DNA of 64,000 nucleotides from NCBI GenBank assembly GCA_026936335.1, contig JAPMXV010000073.1, forward strand, positions 62,001 through 126,000. Reading direction: 5' to 3'. The notes under the pieces are model-generated. The model saw nothing but the letters and a program-made list of their open reading frames with translations. It searched no databases and was not told the DNA's origin. Below, in pieces: positions 10,817 through 22,753 of the stretch (position 1 is the stretch's first letter; each line of letters opens with the position of its first letter). This stretch comes from Mantamonas sphyraenae STR306. Taxonomy: Eukaryota; Protista; CRuMs. The translations under genes and the position numbers were made by a program.

Positions 10817-13800
10817 TCAAATACCACCCCCACCGTCTGCCCACCCACCCACATGTCCCTGCACATGCCACCCTCGTCCACCACCACCACCACCACCACC
10901 ACGTCCTCTCCTCCTCCCCTTCCTCCTCTCCCACGCCCTCTGCCACCCCCACGCACACTCCCACCGCCACCACCAAAACCCTTGCCACGTGCACCACCAC
11001 CACCACCACCACTGGCACTCAACCGGCGTGCGAGATCCACCCACACGCCGTGCACAGGACCAAACTGCCGTGCATTGGCCAGGGCTTGCGCCTGCGACAA
11101 CACCGTCTTTGGCACATACCGTCGTTGCTTGCGGTCATACTGCAGCACAATGGCCACGTCCACACTCCAGGAGGCGCCTCCCTCCTTGTTGCGTCTGCTG
11201 TGTTTGCTCTGCAAACACACGGGCACCAGCCACTGCGGACGCAACGATTGCAACTCCACCGACTCGCACACCAGCCGCCCCTGCAGCGTGTTGTGCAATC
11301 CCATGGCCTCCTTCACCGCCCGTTCCAGCTTCATCCACTGTGTGTCCCCGTCGTCCAGCTCCTGGAACCGCACCGGAAACCGGCCCATCCGCTCCTCCAG
11401 AATGTGCCTCTGCGCCACACCGTCCGCCTCGAAAAACACAGCGGCACGCTTGTCAAACACCAGCTCTGCACGATGGAGTGGCTCACACGCGTCCTCGTCA
11501 CCCTCATTCGATGATGACCATGATGATGATGATGATGTCGATGTCGTCGTCTCCTCACCCCTCTCCTTCTCGTACTGTGTGTGCACATCCATCCACTCCA
11601 CCTCGTGTTTCAACGCCTCTTTGATGCCATCGATGTCACCGACGTCGTAGGCGCCGTCAAAGCCCATGTCATCCAACGCCTGCGGCGCATCGCGTTCCAT
11701 CTCCCGCTGGCTGCTCACACCCACCGCAAACACGTCCACCCCCGACCTCTGCGTGCGACGCATCACAAACGACACATACGTCATGTTCAGTTGATCCACA
11801 GAGTCCTGGCCACCATTGTCATTGTTGTTGGTGGTGGTGGTGCACACCAGACCCGTGTTCAACACCACCCCATTGGCCAGTGCCACACAGCCCTGCTTGC
11901 ACCTCAACGACAGCATCAGCCTGGCACGCAGGTAATCACTGATCAGCACACGTTGTTGCTGCCCACCATCATCACCCTGCCCATGCCAACCATCGTCATC
12001 CTCAACATCATCATCATCATCGTCCACATACCCAAACACATCCACATCGCCACGTCTCCTCCTGAACGCACGTGCAATCACCTCGTCCAGCACGCCGTCG
12101 TCCAGTGCCGCCGCAGGCAGCAGCTGCCTCGTCAGATCCTTCCTGCGCACAAACTCCTCCCATCCCATCTCCTCCCTGCCCAGTCCCTCCACATACGCCT
12201 GCAATGCCCCATGTGGCACCAATGCCTCTCTGCCCCACTTGTATGCCAGTGCCTCCAGCCACCTCACAGGGATCCTTGGCAGCGAGCTCAGTCCCACTCT
12301 CTGCTGCCTTCCTCCTCCTCCTCCACGGCCCGTGTCACACAACTCGCCCAGGGTGGCCAGCCAGTTGCAAAAGAAGGACTGCGAGGTGGTACCCTTGCGA
12401 TCGTTGGTGGTGGCCACCAGACACCAGATGCGTGCCAGCCCATGCTGGTCCTGCTCGGCATAAAAGGGCACCACCAGCAATCGATCACGCCCCAACTGCA
12501 GCGTCCACGTGTACTCACGACACAGAAATATAAACACCTCCCGATCCGAACCCAGCCTGGATGACATCGCCACCTCCTCCTGCACCCGACGTGCAATCGC
12601 AGACGGCACAAACATGTGGTCCAGCAGACTGCTGCTGTGGTGGTGGTTGTTGCTTCTGCTGCTTCTTCTTCTGTTCCTGCTGCTGCTGGGTGCCCCTGTG
12701 CCCGTGAATGCCTTGTACCGAATCATCCATGCTTCGTCGTCGTCGTCGTCGTCGTCGTCGCCCTCACCACCACCCACATCATCCTCATCATCAACAACAC
12801 CATACCCATCCTCATCATGGTACGTGTCCTGCTGCTGCTGCTGCCGCTGCTGCTGTGGAGAATGATACGTAGGATGACGGGAATGACGATGGTCATGGGG
12901 ATGGTATGGACGAGGGTCATGGTTGCCTGTGTGCCAGCGTGTCCCACCAGCACCCCCTCCCCCACCATCCCCACCACCCTCATCATACACCCTCATCCCA
13001 TGTGTGTGCTGCTGCTGCTTGCTATTGCTACTTCCATAGTCCCCTTCCTCCCCTGTGCTCGGTCCGAAATCCTCCTCCAGCCTCTGCTGCAGCCGTTGGA
13101 CCACGTCGTCGATGCTGGCCACCGCCTCGGCCGGCCATTCCACACCGCCGCCACCACCACCGCCTCCACTGCCACCACCACCCGCATCCGTCGTCATCAT
13201 CGTCATCGTCGTCGTCACCACGTCTGCCACCTCGTCCAATCGACACAGATGCGTGGCACGGAAGTGCTGACTGTGATGGTTGGCTTCGTTGCGTTCGGCC
13301 AGCAGACACCAGGCGTGGCCTGTGAGAGCGTCCCTGTGCACCACCACCACAAGCGCCTCCCTGCTCTCGTGCCTGGCTGCCCACGTGTAATCCTCACACA
13401 GACGGGCCAACACACGCTTAAAGTGGGCCGTGGGATAGTCTGGCACCCGCGTGGGAATCTCCCCCACCAGTTTGGGCGGCACAAAGCACGCATCCAACAG
13501 CGTCGTCCGACTGCGTCGCTGGTGCAGTCCACCGTCAAACATTTTGTACCCCACATGCCATCCATTCGATGACGACGACGATGACGATGATGATTGTGAC
13601 CATACTGGCTGTGTCAATGATGATGATGGTGAGGAGGAGGAGGCGGAGGAGGAGGACAACGAGGACGCCAATGCCCATCGCTCACCTCCGCCTCCTCCTC
13701 CCTGCTGCCCCTTTGCCTCCCAACCACCACCACCACCACCACCACCACCACTGCCACCGTAACTGCTGCTGTTGCCCACCTGCATGTGTTTCCTCCTGGC

Positions 13801-13833
13801 TGGTGGCACGTATGCCTTTGCTGCTGCTGTGAG

Positions 13834-13868
<35 letters not shown>

Positions 13869-13926
13869 TGCCACCACCACCATCCCCACCACCACCACCA
13901 CGGCGTGGCTGGCCTTGGCTCCTCAT
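10817..13926 (-). CDS. DUF3825-like protein with N-terminal PAM2-like motif, duplicated ~110-aa domain and C-terminal RGG tail
   Basis: Within ORF 10384..13983; likely start MRSQGQPRR (13926). DUF3825-like motifs DYLRARL, LNTGL, HILEERMGRFP, QWLVPVCL, DVAIVL, KTVLSQAQALANARQFGP...W (~11950-11040). The tail probably shifts frame in GGT repeats and ends at TGA 10817. Confidence 0.65.
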
Positions 13927-14096
13927 CTCTCTCTCTCTTTCTTTCTCTTGTTTTTGCCTGCGCCATGGCACACCACCATACAACTCCCATCACCACCAGG
14001 CCATTTTGCGTCCTTTAGTGGTGGTGCGAGTCCCCATTCCCCCCCGTTCCCCCGTCCCCGCTTTTGTCCCGTCTTCTGTGTTGGTACACGCAGACA

Positions 14097-15988
14097 ATGA
14101 GCAGCTCCAAGGATCATCCAAATCGCCCGGCCGTGGCCCAGAAGCAACCTCGCCGCACCTGGACATCCTGTAGGTTGCCTCCACGCATCACACTCCCATC
14201 CATGTCTCTGTACAGCCCATGTGCCACCCGTCTGTCTGTCCTCTGTGTCTCTTCCATGCTTGTGTCTGCCTGTGGGAGGGCGAGAAGCCGGCTGGCCGGG
14301 GGGTCGACGGTTTTGTGGGGCGAATCCCGCTTTCGCCAAAGAGCGGCTTTTGTCTTTCCTCCCCTCCCCTGCACTCCCTCTGTGTCATCCACACGTGATT
14401 CCCACCCCAACTGCACCGGGAGCAGTGCACCTGTGTTTCCATGCATTTGGCCATGTGACTCCCCATGCGCCCATCCCCACCCCCTTTCCCCCACTTTTTG
14501 GCACCATGCCCACCACCCCGTTCATCGCCGCCCCACGGACGCCTGTGCTGTCCCCACGCCCCCATCCATTCCCAACGGCGTCGCCCAAGTGTCATCCACC
14601 CGTTCCCAATCCCCATTGTGTCTGTTCTGGAACAGGGCCACGCCTGTGGGAGGGGAAACCCCCCGTGGACGATGATGGCGCCGAGCTGGGCTGGTTTTTC
14701 CCGCCCCCGCCCCTTCCCCTTCCCCTTTCCCCACCACCGGCCCCATGCACGCCTTTCTCTGCCCTCCTCCGTGTACCCCACCACCCACCACCACTAACGC
14801 CACTCTCTTACCCCAACCCCCCCTTTTATGCCCACTGTAGATGGGATGACACCGAGTGACACCCCCCACGACGACGACGACGACGGCAGCAGCAGCAGCA
14901 GCAGCCGGAAGGAATGGGCCGGCAGACTAAAGTGTCACTCTGAGCACTGCCCCTGCAGCCACTCGGACGCTTGTAAGCAGGATCGAATCCGCAAGATGGT
15001 GGATGCACTTGCCATGGCAGTGTGGAAGGCAGGGGACAAGGCATGGTTCATCCCAGCAGAAGAGAGGGAGAAGAAGGATGGAGTGGTGGAGGAGGAAGAG
15101 ACAAAGGTGCCACTGTGTGCCTATGCAGTCATGTGGGCCAACATCAGTGCACCCGTGGCACGAAAGGTGTTCTGTCGCCCTGGTCTGTATGGCTTTTGGT
15201 TGCGTGGGTCCCATGGGATGGAAACGGAGGAGTGGGTGACACGGGTGACCATGGACAATGATGATGGTGGTGGTGGTGGTGGTGGTGGTGGGCCGACGTT
15301 GACGCGTTTGACGAACAAAGTGCTGGGATTCAAGCGAGGCTCAACGGGACGCAGGCTCAGGAAGAACGGCAAGGCGAACGCATTGTCTGGAATCCTCGGC
15401 AAGGACAAGAAGAAGCTGATGAGGTTTCTGGGAGTGGAGGTGGAGCAGCAGCAGAAGGAGAGGGTGGCCATGAGTGAGGAGGAGGAGGAGCAGCAGCAGA
15501 AGGATAGTGACACTGAGGCAGCAGGACAGGACGACACGAGGTGCATGGGGGTGGCAGACGGGACGACGATGATGATGGACAGTCCAACCTACGCATCGGA
15601 TACGAGCAGCGAGTGGTCGTCGGATGGTACAGAGAAGTACGAGGAGGAGTTCGACGATGACGATGATGATGATGGTGATGGTGACATTGCATCACAGGGC
15701 GATGGCAGTCGCAAGCGCAAGCAGACAGAGGTTGCCAACGAGGACACGGGTGGCAACAAACGGCAGCGAGTGGACGATGATGATGACCACGGAGGATGCA
15801 GCAGCCACGGCACCCCCGATGGCTCTTCCACAACGATGGCTGGTCTGATGACAGCAGCTGCAAATGCGCCCACCTTGATGGAGTCGACCAACGAGGAACG
15901 GATGGACGAGGAGGAATTCACGCTGGCCGTTTGGAACAACGCCTACTTCCACGACGGCAACGACGACGACGACCAAGTGCAAGACTGA
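14097..15988 (+). CDS. Orphan, probably nuclear protein (Cys/His motif, basic segment, acidic tail, NLS-like RKRK/KRQR)
   Basis: ORF 14828..15988. Putative exon 1 14097..14169 (donor GTAGGT) joins in frame at the acceptor TGTAG 14840, which is preceded by branch CTAAC ~14794. Confidence 0.55.
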
Positions 15989-16215
15989 CTTTGATTGTCT
16001 TTTATGCATCAGAAACACAAAACACGGTACACATTACAGTGTACCTGTGCAACCAAAAACAACAACAACAACGACACAAACCAAGAGCTGGGCACCATAC
16101 CATACCCAAACACAAACAACAATGCAAAACCCCGGTTTGGCACCCACTCCTCAAGTATTCGTACATTCTTTCCCCCACACACTCTCCGATTGCACAGCCC
16201 GCGCACGTGCGTGTG

Positions 16216-19200
16216 TCAAAAGTACCGTCCGTACATCTCCTGCAGCTCCACCCCCGCCTCATGTGCGTCCCGTGCCCCACGGACATCCTCAGTCTCACAC
16301 GCAAACTCAAACATCGCCTTGTACTCGTCCATGCGCTTTTGCAGCATCACCTGAACGCCGTCGCGCACCACTTGTGCTGCTTGTTCATCGGTTTGTGCCT
16401 GTTGAACGTACCTCTCCACCATGCCTTGGAGTTCAATCCGCACTGCATCCATGGGTACGACTGTAGGCTTCACCATGCTATCCCGCGTCCTCCTGGCCTC
16501 ATCGGCTGGCTGTACGTACGTCGTGTGCATCTCCTTGGCAAACTCCACATCATGCTCCATCATCAGATCCTCAACCATCTCACGCATGCCTGTCCTCACT
16601 CTGTCCAGCTCCTTCTTTACCCGTTCTGCCTTGTCAAAGTCACCTCCTTGCAGCGCGCCGTCCACTTCCATCTTCAGTTCATCTCGCCGGCTTTCCAGTG
16701 ATTCCAACTCCTGTCGCACACTCTCCTCGGATTTTGGAGCCAGTCGTGCCTCCAAAAGCTCAATGTCGCGTACCAGGTCGGCTGCTTTGGCAAACTCCTC
16801 TCTGATCATCAGCTTCTCTTGAAGTTTGCGCAACTCGTCCAACTCCACCTGCAGGTCCGTTTTCACTTCGATGGCGACGTTGGCATTCTGCTCGTCTGTA
16901 AACAGCGTTCTACTCTCCCGGGCAACCATCAAGCGACGTTCGTGTTCCGATACTTTGCCTTTGCGATCGACAATGGTCGCCTCCAACTCAATGATCTCTG
17001 CATCAGACACCTGTCCACTCTTGGGCTTGTAGATCTCCAGTTCGTCAACCAAATGTTTAACCGGTTGCATGCGAGCCCTTCCCACCTCCATCAGCCGATG
17101 AAGTTCAGCTCCGCGAAGCCCTCGGATCTTGGCCAGCTCCTCCTTCAGCTCCCCAACGAGGCGTTTGTCGCCCTCCATCGACGCCTGGTGGATGTCCATC
17201 TGAATCTTGAGGTACACTTCTTTGTCCGTCATGTTCTTGTGGCGACGTGGATCACGCCAGGCGTACTTCTGTGGAATCACCACAGCCAACACCACAAGCA
17301 CATTGATGAGCACCAGCAGCACATCCACTCCGGAATCCGGCTGTACTGCGTTGGATGCCAGCAGCAGCGCCATCAGGGCGTTGAACACACTCGTCACCGA
17401 CATCACCAGATCCAACACAACGTGTGCATCAAACTGCAGCCAAGCCTTGCGAACATTGCGTGCACTGTATGGTCGTGTCCCTGCCAGAACTACAAAATAC
17501 AGCACCGATGTGACTAGCAGCATTACGGCTTGTGCAACCGGAAATTGCGCAAGTGACACTGCAAACACGAGCAGCAGCACCTTGCGCACCATGATCACCA
17601 CCTCAAACCACGCCCATTCCTCCCGGTACGACTCGTACAGCGGACCGAACAGCATCGCATTGTCTCCATAGCGTAGATTGGACACACCCATCTCCTTCGC
17701 TCCTTCGCTGGTTTCCTGAGTCTTGAGGCGATGGACAAGCCACCAGACACCGTATGGGATTCCAATGCCCACCACGATCATCAACAGCGCAGAGATCACC
17801 ATCACCACCACGTGTTCCGGCGACCCCAGACTGATGGTGGTGTCTCGCTGCAGACGAGGACTCCCTGGATCCCCCTCGATGTCCACGTACTGGAACGCGG
17901 TGAAGCTCATGGACAGAAACGGCGTGTACAGCGCCACCACTGCCAACACTCCCAGTCGGCGCAGGCGGTTCATGCGCTTGCTCAGCCGCTGCTCCAGCTC
18001 CATGTCCTGGTCCGCAAGCTTCACCTCGGTGCGGTTGTGTTCGCGGCGCTGGTTGAGACGGCGATCGTACACTGCCACGGAAGCAGCAATGACCACAGAC
18101 GACGCAAGCACCATGAAGAAGGACCAGTGCCAGTTCCAGCCGCCGATGCACTCGGGGCTGAACACATCGATGTTGAGATTCACCACTGCCAGCAGCTTGG
18201 CCAAGGCAGCAAACATCGGGCGGCCAGGGCACGTTGACCTGCACAATGATCAGCGACACTTGGATGTTGTTGACGAGAATGCGCAGACGGGTGGTGAGAT
18301 CACCAGACAGCCCACGATATCCAACAACCGCTGCAGCAGCAAGCAGCAGCACACCCACAATCACGTTGATGGGAACTGATTCGGCACACGGACGGCATTC
18401 TCCAGCAAAGTGGTAAAAGTTGTCCGCGCATCGATAGCAGCCATCGCCAGTGTAGCCCGTGCGACAGCTGGCACCCCCCACGCAGTTCCGCGCAAACAGG
18501 CACACGTGACACACGGATGCACCAGTGCGGTTGCTGAACGTGCCGCCAGCACACTGTGTCAGCAGTCCACGAGAGCAGGCGGAGCCACGCGAGCAGACGG
18601 TACAGGCAGACGACTCTATGTTGACATACGTGCCATCGGCGCACAACTGGCACGGGGAAGATCCGGGAGAGAACTGTCCAACTGCACAGAGACTGCATGT
18701 AGCACTGGCATCACTGGATCCGAATCCCGGTGGGCAGCCCACGCACGTGGAACTGCCAGTAGTGTTGGAGTAGGATCCAGCAGCGCAGGTTGAACAAGTG
18801 GTCAGTCCTGGAGATGCAGCAAACAACCCGGGTGAACACAGTGAGCACGTTGATATTCCGCTCTGTGCTGAAACTGAACCGATTGGACATGGATGACATG
18901 TGGTACTGGTCGTGGTGTTGGAGAAGAATCCAGCAGCGCAGGTTGAACAAGTGGACAGTCCTGGAGATGCAGCAAATGTGCCAATGGCACACAGTGGACA
19001 ATCAATGTTTCCTGGATCGGCTGGTGCTGGTGGAGCCAGCACTGACCCGGAAAATGCACCTGCGGGGCAAATTTCAACGGACTTGACCTTGCTCAGGAAG
19101 ATGTCGTAGCGACCAGCACTGGTCTGGCCATTCAGAGCACCAAACGTGACTCCAGTGACAACCACCTGGCCAGTGGCGGCTACAGTCACGTGGTAGCCAT

Positions 19201-20491
19201 AGTCGTCGCTGCCGGTGCCCCACAGCTTGGTCCACTGCCTGGTCCCTGCTGCGTTCCACTTGGTCAGCAAGATGTCCCGGTCGCCAGCATTGGTCTGGCC
19301 ATCCAAAGCACCAAACGTGTTCCCAGTAACATACACATCCCCAGTGGAAGCCATTGCCACGCCCAAGCCAAAGTCGCTGAGGCTGGTGCCCCACTGCCTG
19401 GTCCACTGCTTCGTTCCTGCTGCGTTCCACTTGGTCAGGAATATGTCCCAGAAACCAGCATTGTTTTGGCCATCCAGTGCACCATTCGTGTTCCCAGTAA
19501 CAAACACATCCCCGGTGGAGGCCACTGCCACGCCCAAGCCATCGTCGGTGCTGCTGGTGCCCCACTGCCTGGTCCACTGCTTCGTTCCTGCTGCGTTCCA
19601 CTTGGTCAGGATGATGTCGTTGCCACCAACATTGGTCTGGCCGTCCAGAGCACCATCCGTGTATCCAGTGACATACACATCCCCGGTGGAGGCCACTGCC
19701 ACGCCCAAGCCATCGTCGGTGCTGCTGGTGCCCCACTGCCTGGTCCACTGCTTCGTTCCTGCTGCGTTCCACTTGGTCAGGATGATGTCGTTGCCACCAA
19801 CATTGGTCTGGCCGTCCAGAGCACCACCCGTGTATCCAGTGACATACACTTCCCCGGTGGAGGCCACTGCCACGCCCCTGCCGCGGTCGTCGCTGCTGGT
19901 GCCCCACTGCTGTGTCCACTGCTTGGTCCCTGCTGCATTCCACTTTGTCAGGAAGATATCAACAGAACCAGCATGAGTCTGGCCATCCAAAGCACCACCC
20001 GTGGTCCCAGTGACGTACACGTCGCCGGTGGAGGCCACTGCCACGCTGTGGCCTTCGTCGCTGAGGCTTGTGCCCCACTGCTTGGCCCACTGCTTGGTCC
20101 CTGCTGCGTTCCACTTGGTCAGAAAGATGTCGTTGCCACCAGCACTGCTTTGGCCATCCAGAGCACCATACGTGTTCCCAGTGACATACACGTCGCCAGT
20201 GGAAGCCACTGCCACACCGTTGCCACCTTCGTCGCTGCTGGTACCCCACTGCTGTGTCCAATCGCTCTTGACCACGACGCATAGCGCCAGCAGACAAATA
20301 CATATCTGTGCCGTTCGTACTGTCAGCTACAGTATTTCACAAATGACAACACCGCCGCATGCATGCAATCCTACTTTTGCAGTGCTTGCCCAACGCCCCC
20401 GTTGCAGCACAAGCAGCTTGGCAGCACTCACCAAACCACGGAGAGTACCCCTCCAGCCACTCTTGATGAGTCCCGACTCATTGGAACGCAT
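16216..20491 (-). CDS. Cell-surface receptor-like protein: signal peptide, 7-blade SBBP beta-propeller, Cys-rich GCC2/GCC3-like repeats, multi-pass (~7) TM region, cytosolic UVR-like helical hairpins
   Basis: Exon 1 20491..20432 plus intron 20306..20431 gives MRSNESGLIKSGWRGTLRGLICICLLALCVVVKSD. 57-aa (171-bp) WT.QWGTS..D.G.GVAVASTGDVYVTG repeats; C..C..G.F repeats. A 1-nt frameshift at ~18220 (CCGCCCGATG) links ORFs 17603..20275 and 16216..18246. EEFAKAADLVRDI and GDFDKAERVKKEL motifs. Confidence 0.8.
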
Positions 20492-20789
20492 CGGGCTGGT
20501 TTAGTTGGATACTCTGGAGACCACGCCCCGAAAAAGACAACCGCCCCATCGAAAGAATGAGTATCTAAGGCATGATGGAAGTGTTTCAATGGTCTATTGT
20601 ATGCAAAGCAGTACGCCAAGATGTATATAAGCAGTGAACCCCCTTGTGAAAAACACACTCGTTCAAAAGCTAATCCCTGAGAACGCAAACTGCCACTTTT
20701 GCGATCCAAAGTTTGTGCATGATGATGAGCGAACAAGTGTGAGAAGGCAATCATGGAGGACGCGTGTGCGTCATTTGTTCGCCCACACA

Positions 20790-21776
20790 TCAACTCGTCC
20801 CCGCCGCCTTCCACACCAACCCCCCTTCCAACGCCTTCACCAGCTTCCCAATGTGCACCTCAGCACACAACTTCCTCTCCATCAAGCTCTTGTGCCTTGC
20901 ATCCGGCAGCTCAAACGGAAACCGCGCATGAAACTCCAACTCGTCCACAGGCGTCCGCAGAAGCTCCACATGACTCTGCAGCGCAACCGTCCTGTGATCC
21001 CTCGGCCGCGTCTCCATAAACACCCGCAGCGTGCACTTGGACCCCGGTGTGCCACACTTTTCGCCCCTCTCACGTCCCTTCTTGATCACCTCGCACCCAC
21101 CGTTCCCTTCTCGTCGCCCGCCGGCTCGTCGTTTGTTTTTGCTCTTCAAATCCCCGAGCATCCGCTCAAACGCAAACCACCGCATATGCGGCGACTCCAT
21201 CTCCGCCAGCATTTCCCTCTTTAGCATTGCAATGCGCTCCACACTCATTTTCGCTTCCACCTGCTTTCCCTTGCCCTTCCCTGCCGCCCGTTTCCTCCCC
21301 ACGCTCGACAAGCTCTCGTTGCTTCCGCTCCTCTCCATCCCGGACCCTCCTTCGCTTCCCAACGCCCACGGGCTGCTCCCTTCCGACCCTTCGTCGCTCC
21401 CTCCCGCCGACGACACGCTCACCTCGTTCCCAAGTCCTGCTGCGCTCGATCCGCCTCCGGCCCGCGGTTGCTCCGCATTTGCATGCACGCCCACCCGCGC
21501 TCGTTTGCTTTCCGGTCCCAGACTGCCCACCCCCTTTAGCGCGTCGATGGCCACATCCAACAGGCGTTTCGACTGCATTTCCATCCTCGACTCCACCTTC
21601 CCCTCTCCACCTGCCCCGCGGACCGGCGATCCGCCTCCGCCGCTAACCACTTCTCCTTCTCCGCTTGCCTCTTCCAGCCACACATCCTCCATCTTCCGCT
21701 TCCTCCGCCCCCTTCGTGTTCGCATAGATTGCCCTTCCATACCCATGGCCATCTCGCTCACCGCTGCCGTCGACAT
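20790..21776 (-). CDS. Hypothetical protein (low-complexity basic N-terminus, globular C-terminus)
   Basis: Part of ORF 20790..21914 with protein-like composition, divergent from the acyltransferase gene; start uncertain. Confidence 0.5.
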   Translation of the reverse strand: MSTAAVSEMAMGMEGQSMRTRRGRRKRKMEDVWLEEASGEGEVVSGGGGSPVRGAGGEGKVESRMEMQSKRLLDVAIDALKGVGSLGPESKRARVGVHANAEQPRAGGGSSAAGLGNEVSVSSAGGSDEGSEGSSPWALGSEGGSGMERSGSNESLSSVGRKRAAGKGKGKQVEAKMSVERIAMLKREMLAEMESPHMRWFAFERMLGDLKSKNKRRAGGRREGNGGCEVIKKGRERGEKCGTPGSKCTLRVFMETRPRDHRTVALQSHVELLRTPVDELEFHARFPFELPDARHKSLMERKLCAEVHIGKLVKALEGGLVWKAAGTS

Positions 21777-21843
21777 CGCAAGACAAAACGCAAAATCCGC
21801 TGGCCCGCCCACCGCAACACACAAACCCAGCACCACCAGCACC

Positions 21844-22707
21844 ATGTCTGGCTCCGAGGCGGACCCCAAGTTCCGCCCACCGCTGATGTCCATGTTTACC
21901 CAACACCGCTTCACACGTCCTCTCTCCCTCTCCTCGGTGGCCTACTTTCTCTACCTCTGCAGTCCGCTTGCCTTTGTCGCATTCTGGGGCCGCCTCATCC
22001 TCTCCTTCCTCTGCCAGCTGGGCTTTCTGCTGCTCTCCAACCCGCACGATCGCACCCTCCTTCGCACCTTCTTCCGCTACGTCAACGGCTGGCGCTTCAA
22101 CCACCACGGGCGCGATCGCTACGCGGACAAGCATGTGCACATCATTGTCGGCAACCACGTCTCTGAGCTCGACGGCTGGCTGTTCATTTCCCAGCACGAC
22201 TACATGCAGGTCAGTGTCAGTCCCCTGTACTGGCTGGTCGCACCAAAGTTCAACATCGTCTACCTCGGCAAGGACAGCTGGCACACAGACGACCCCAAGG
22301 ACCGCTTGCGCCACCGCCTCACCACAGACAAGCGCACCCTCATTGCCTTTTCCGAGGGTGGCTTCACCAACGGCCGCGTCGGTCTCCTTGCCTACTCGAA
22401 ATTTGTGTACTCCTTGCCTGGCCTCGTCATACAGCCCGTGGCCATCCGCATGTCCCTTCCCGTGCCCATTGAGCTCGACACCTTTGGCTCCCACGCCGCC
22501 ATCAACTACTTTTTCATTTTCACCTGTCCCTACATCACCTTTGACGCCACCTACCTCCCGCCCATGGAGCACAACGACGACGACGACGACCAGGGCTTTT
22601 CCTTTGCCCGCCGCGTCCAAGAAGCCACTGCCGAGGAGCTCGGCATCATTCCCACCACCTGGCTCTACAAGGACAAGCTCAAGCTGAGCAAGGAGACCTA
22701 TGGATGA
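21844..22707 (+). CDS. AUP1/LPCAT-like lysophospholipid acyltransferase family protein
   Basis: NHVSELD (HX4D) motif, FSEGGFTNGRVGLL, IQPVAI, FARRVQ; N-terminal hydrophobic segment. Confidence 0.8.
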   Translation: MSGSEADPKFRPPLMSMFTQHRFTRPLSLSSVAYFLYLCSPLAFVAFWGRLILSFLCQLGFLLLSNPHDRTLLRTFFRYVNGWRFNHHGRDRYADKHVHIIVGNHVSELDGWLFISQHDYMQVSVSPLYWLVAPKFNIVYLGKDSWHTDDPKDRLRHRLTTDKRTLIAFSEGGFTNGRVGLLAYSKFVYSLPGLVIQPVAIRMSLPVPIELDTFGSHAAINYFFIFTCPYITFDATYLPPMEHNDDDDDQGFSFARRVQEATAEELGIIPTTWLYKDKLKLSKETYG

Positions 22708-22753
22708 CGAGAACAAATCGAGACCCTTTTCCTTGTTTAATCTCCCTCCACTG

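Noticed and set aside
13830-13900. (GAT)n, (CCA)n and (CA)n runs as telomeric or functional repeats
   Set aside because: Ordinary microsatellites encoding poly-Ser/Gly or lying in introns and UTRs.
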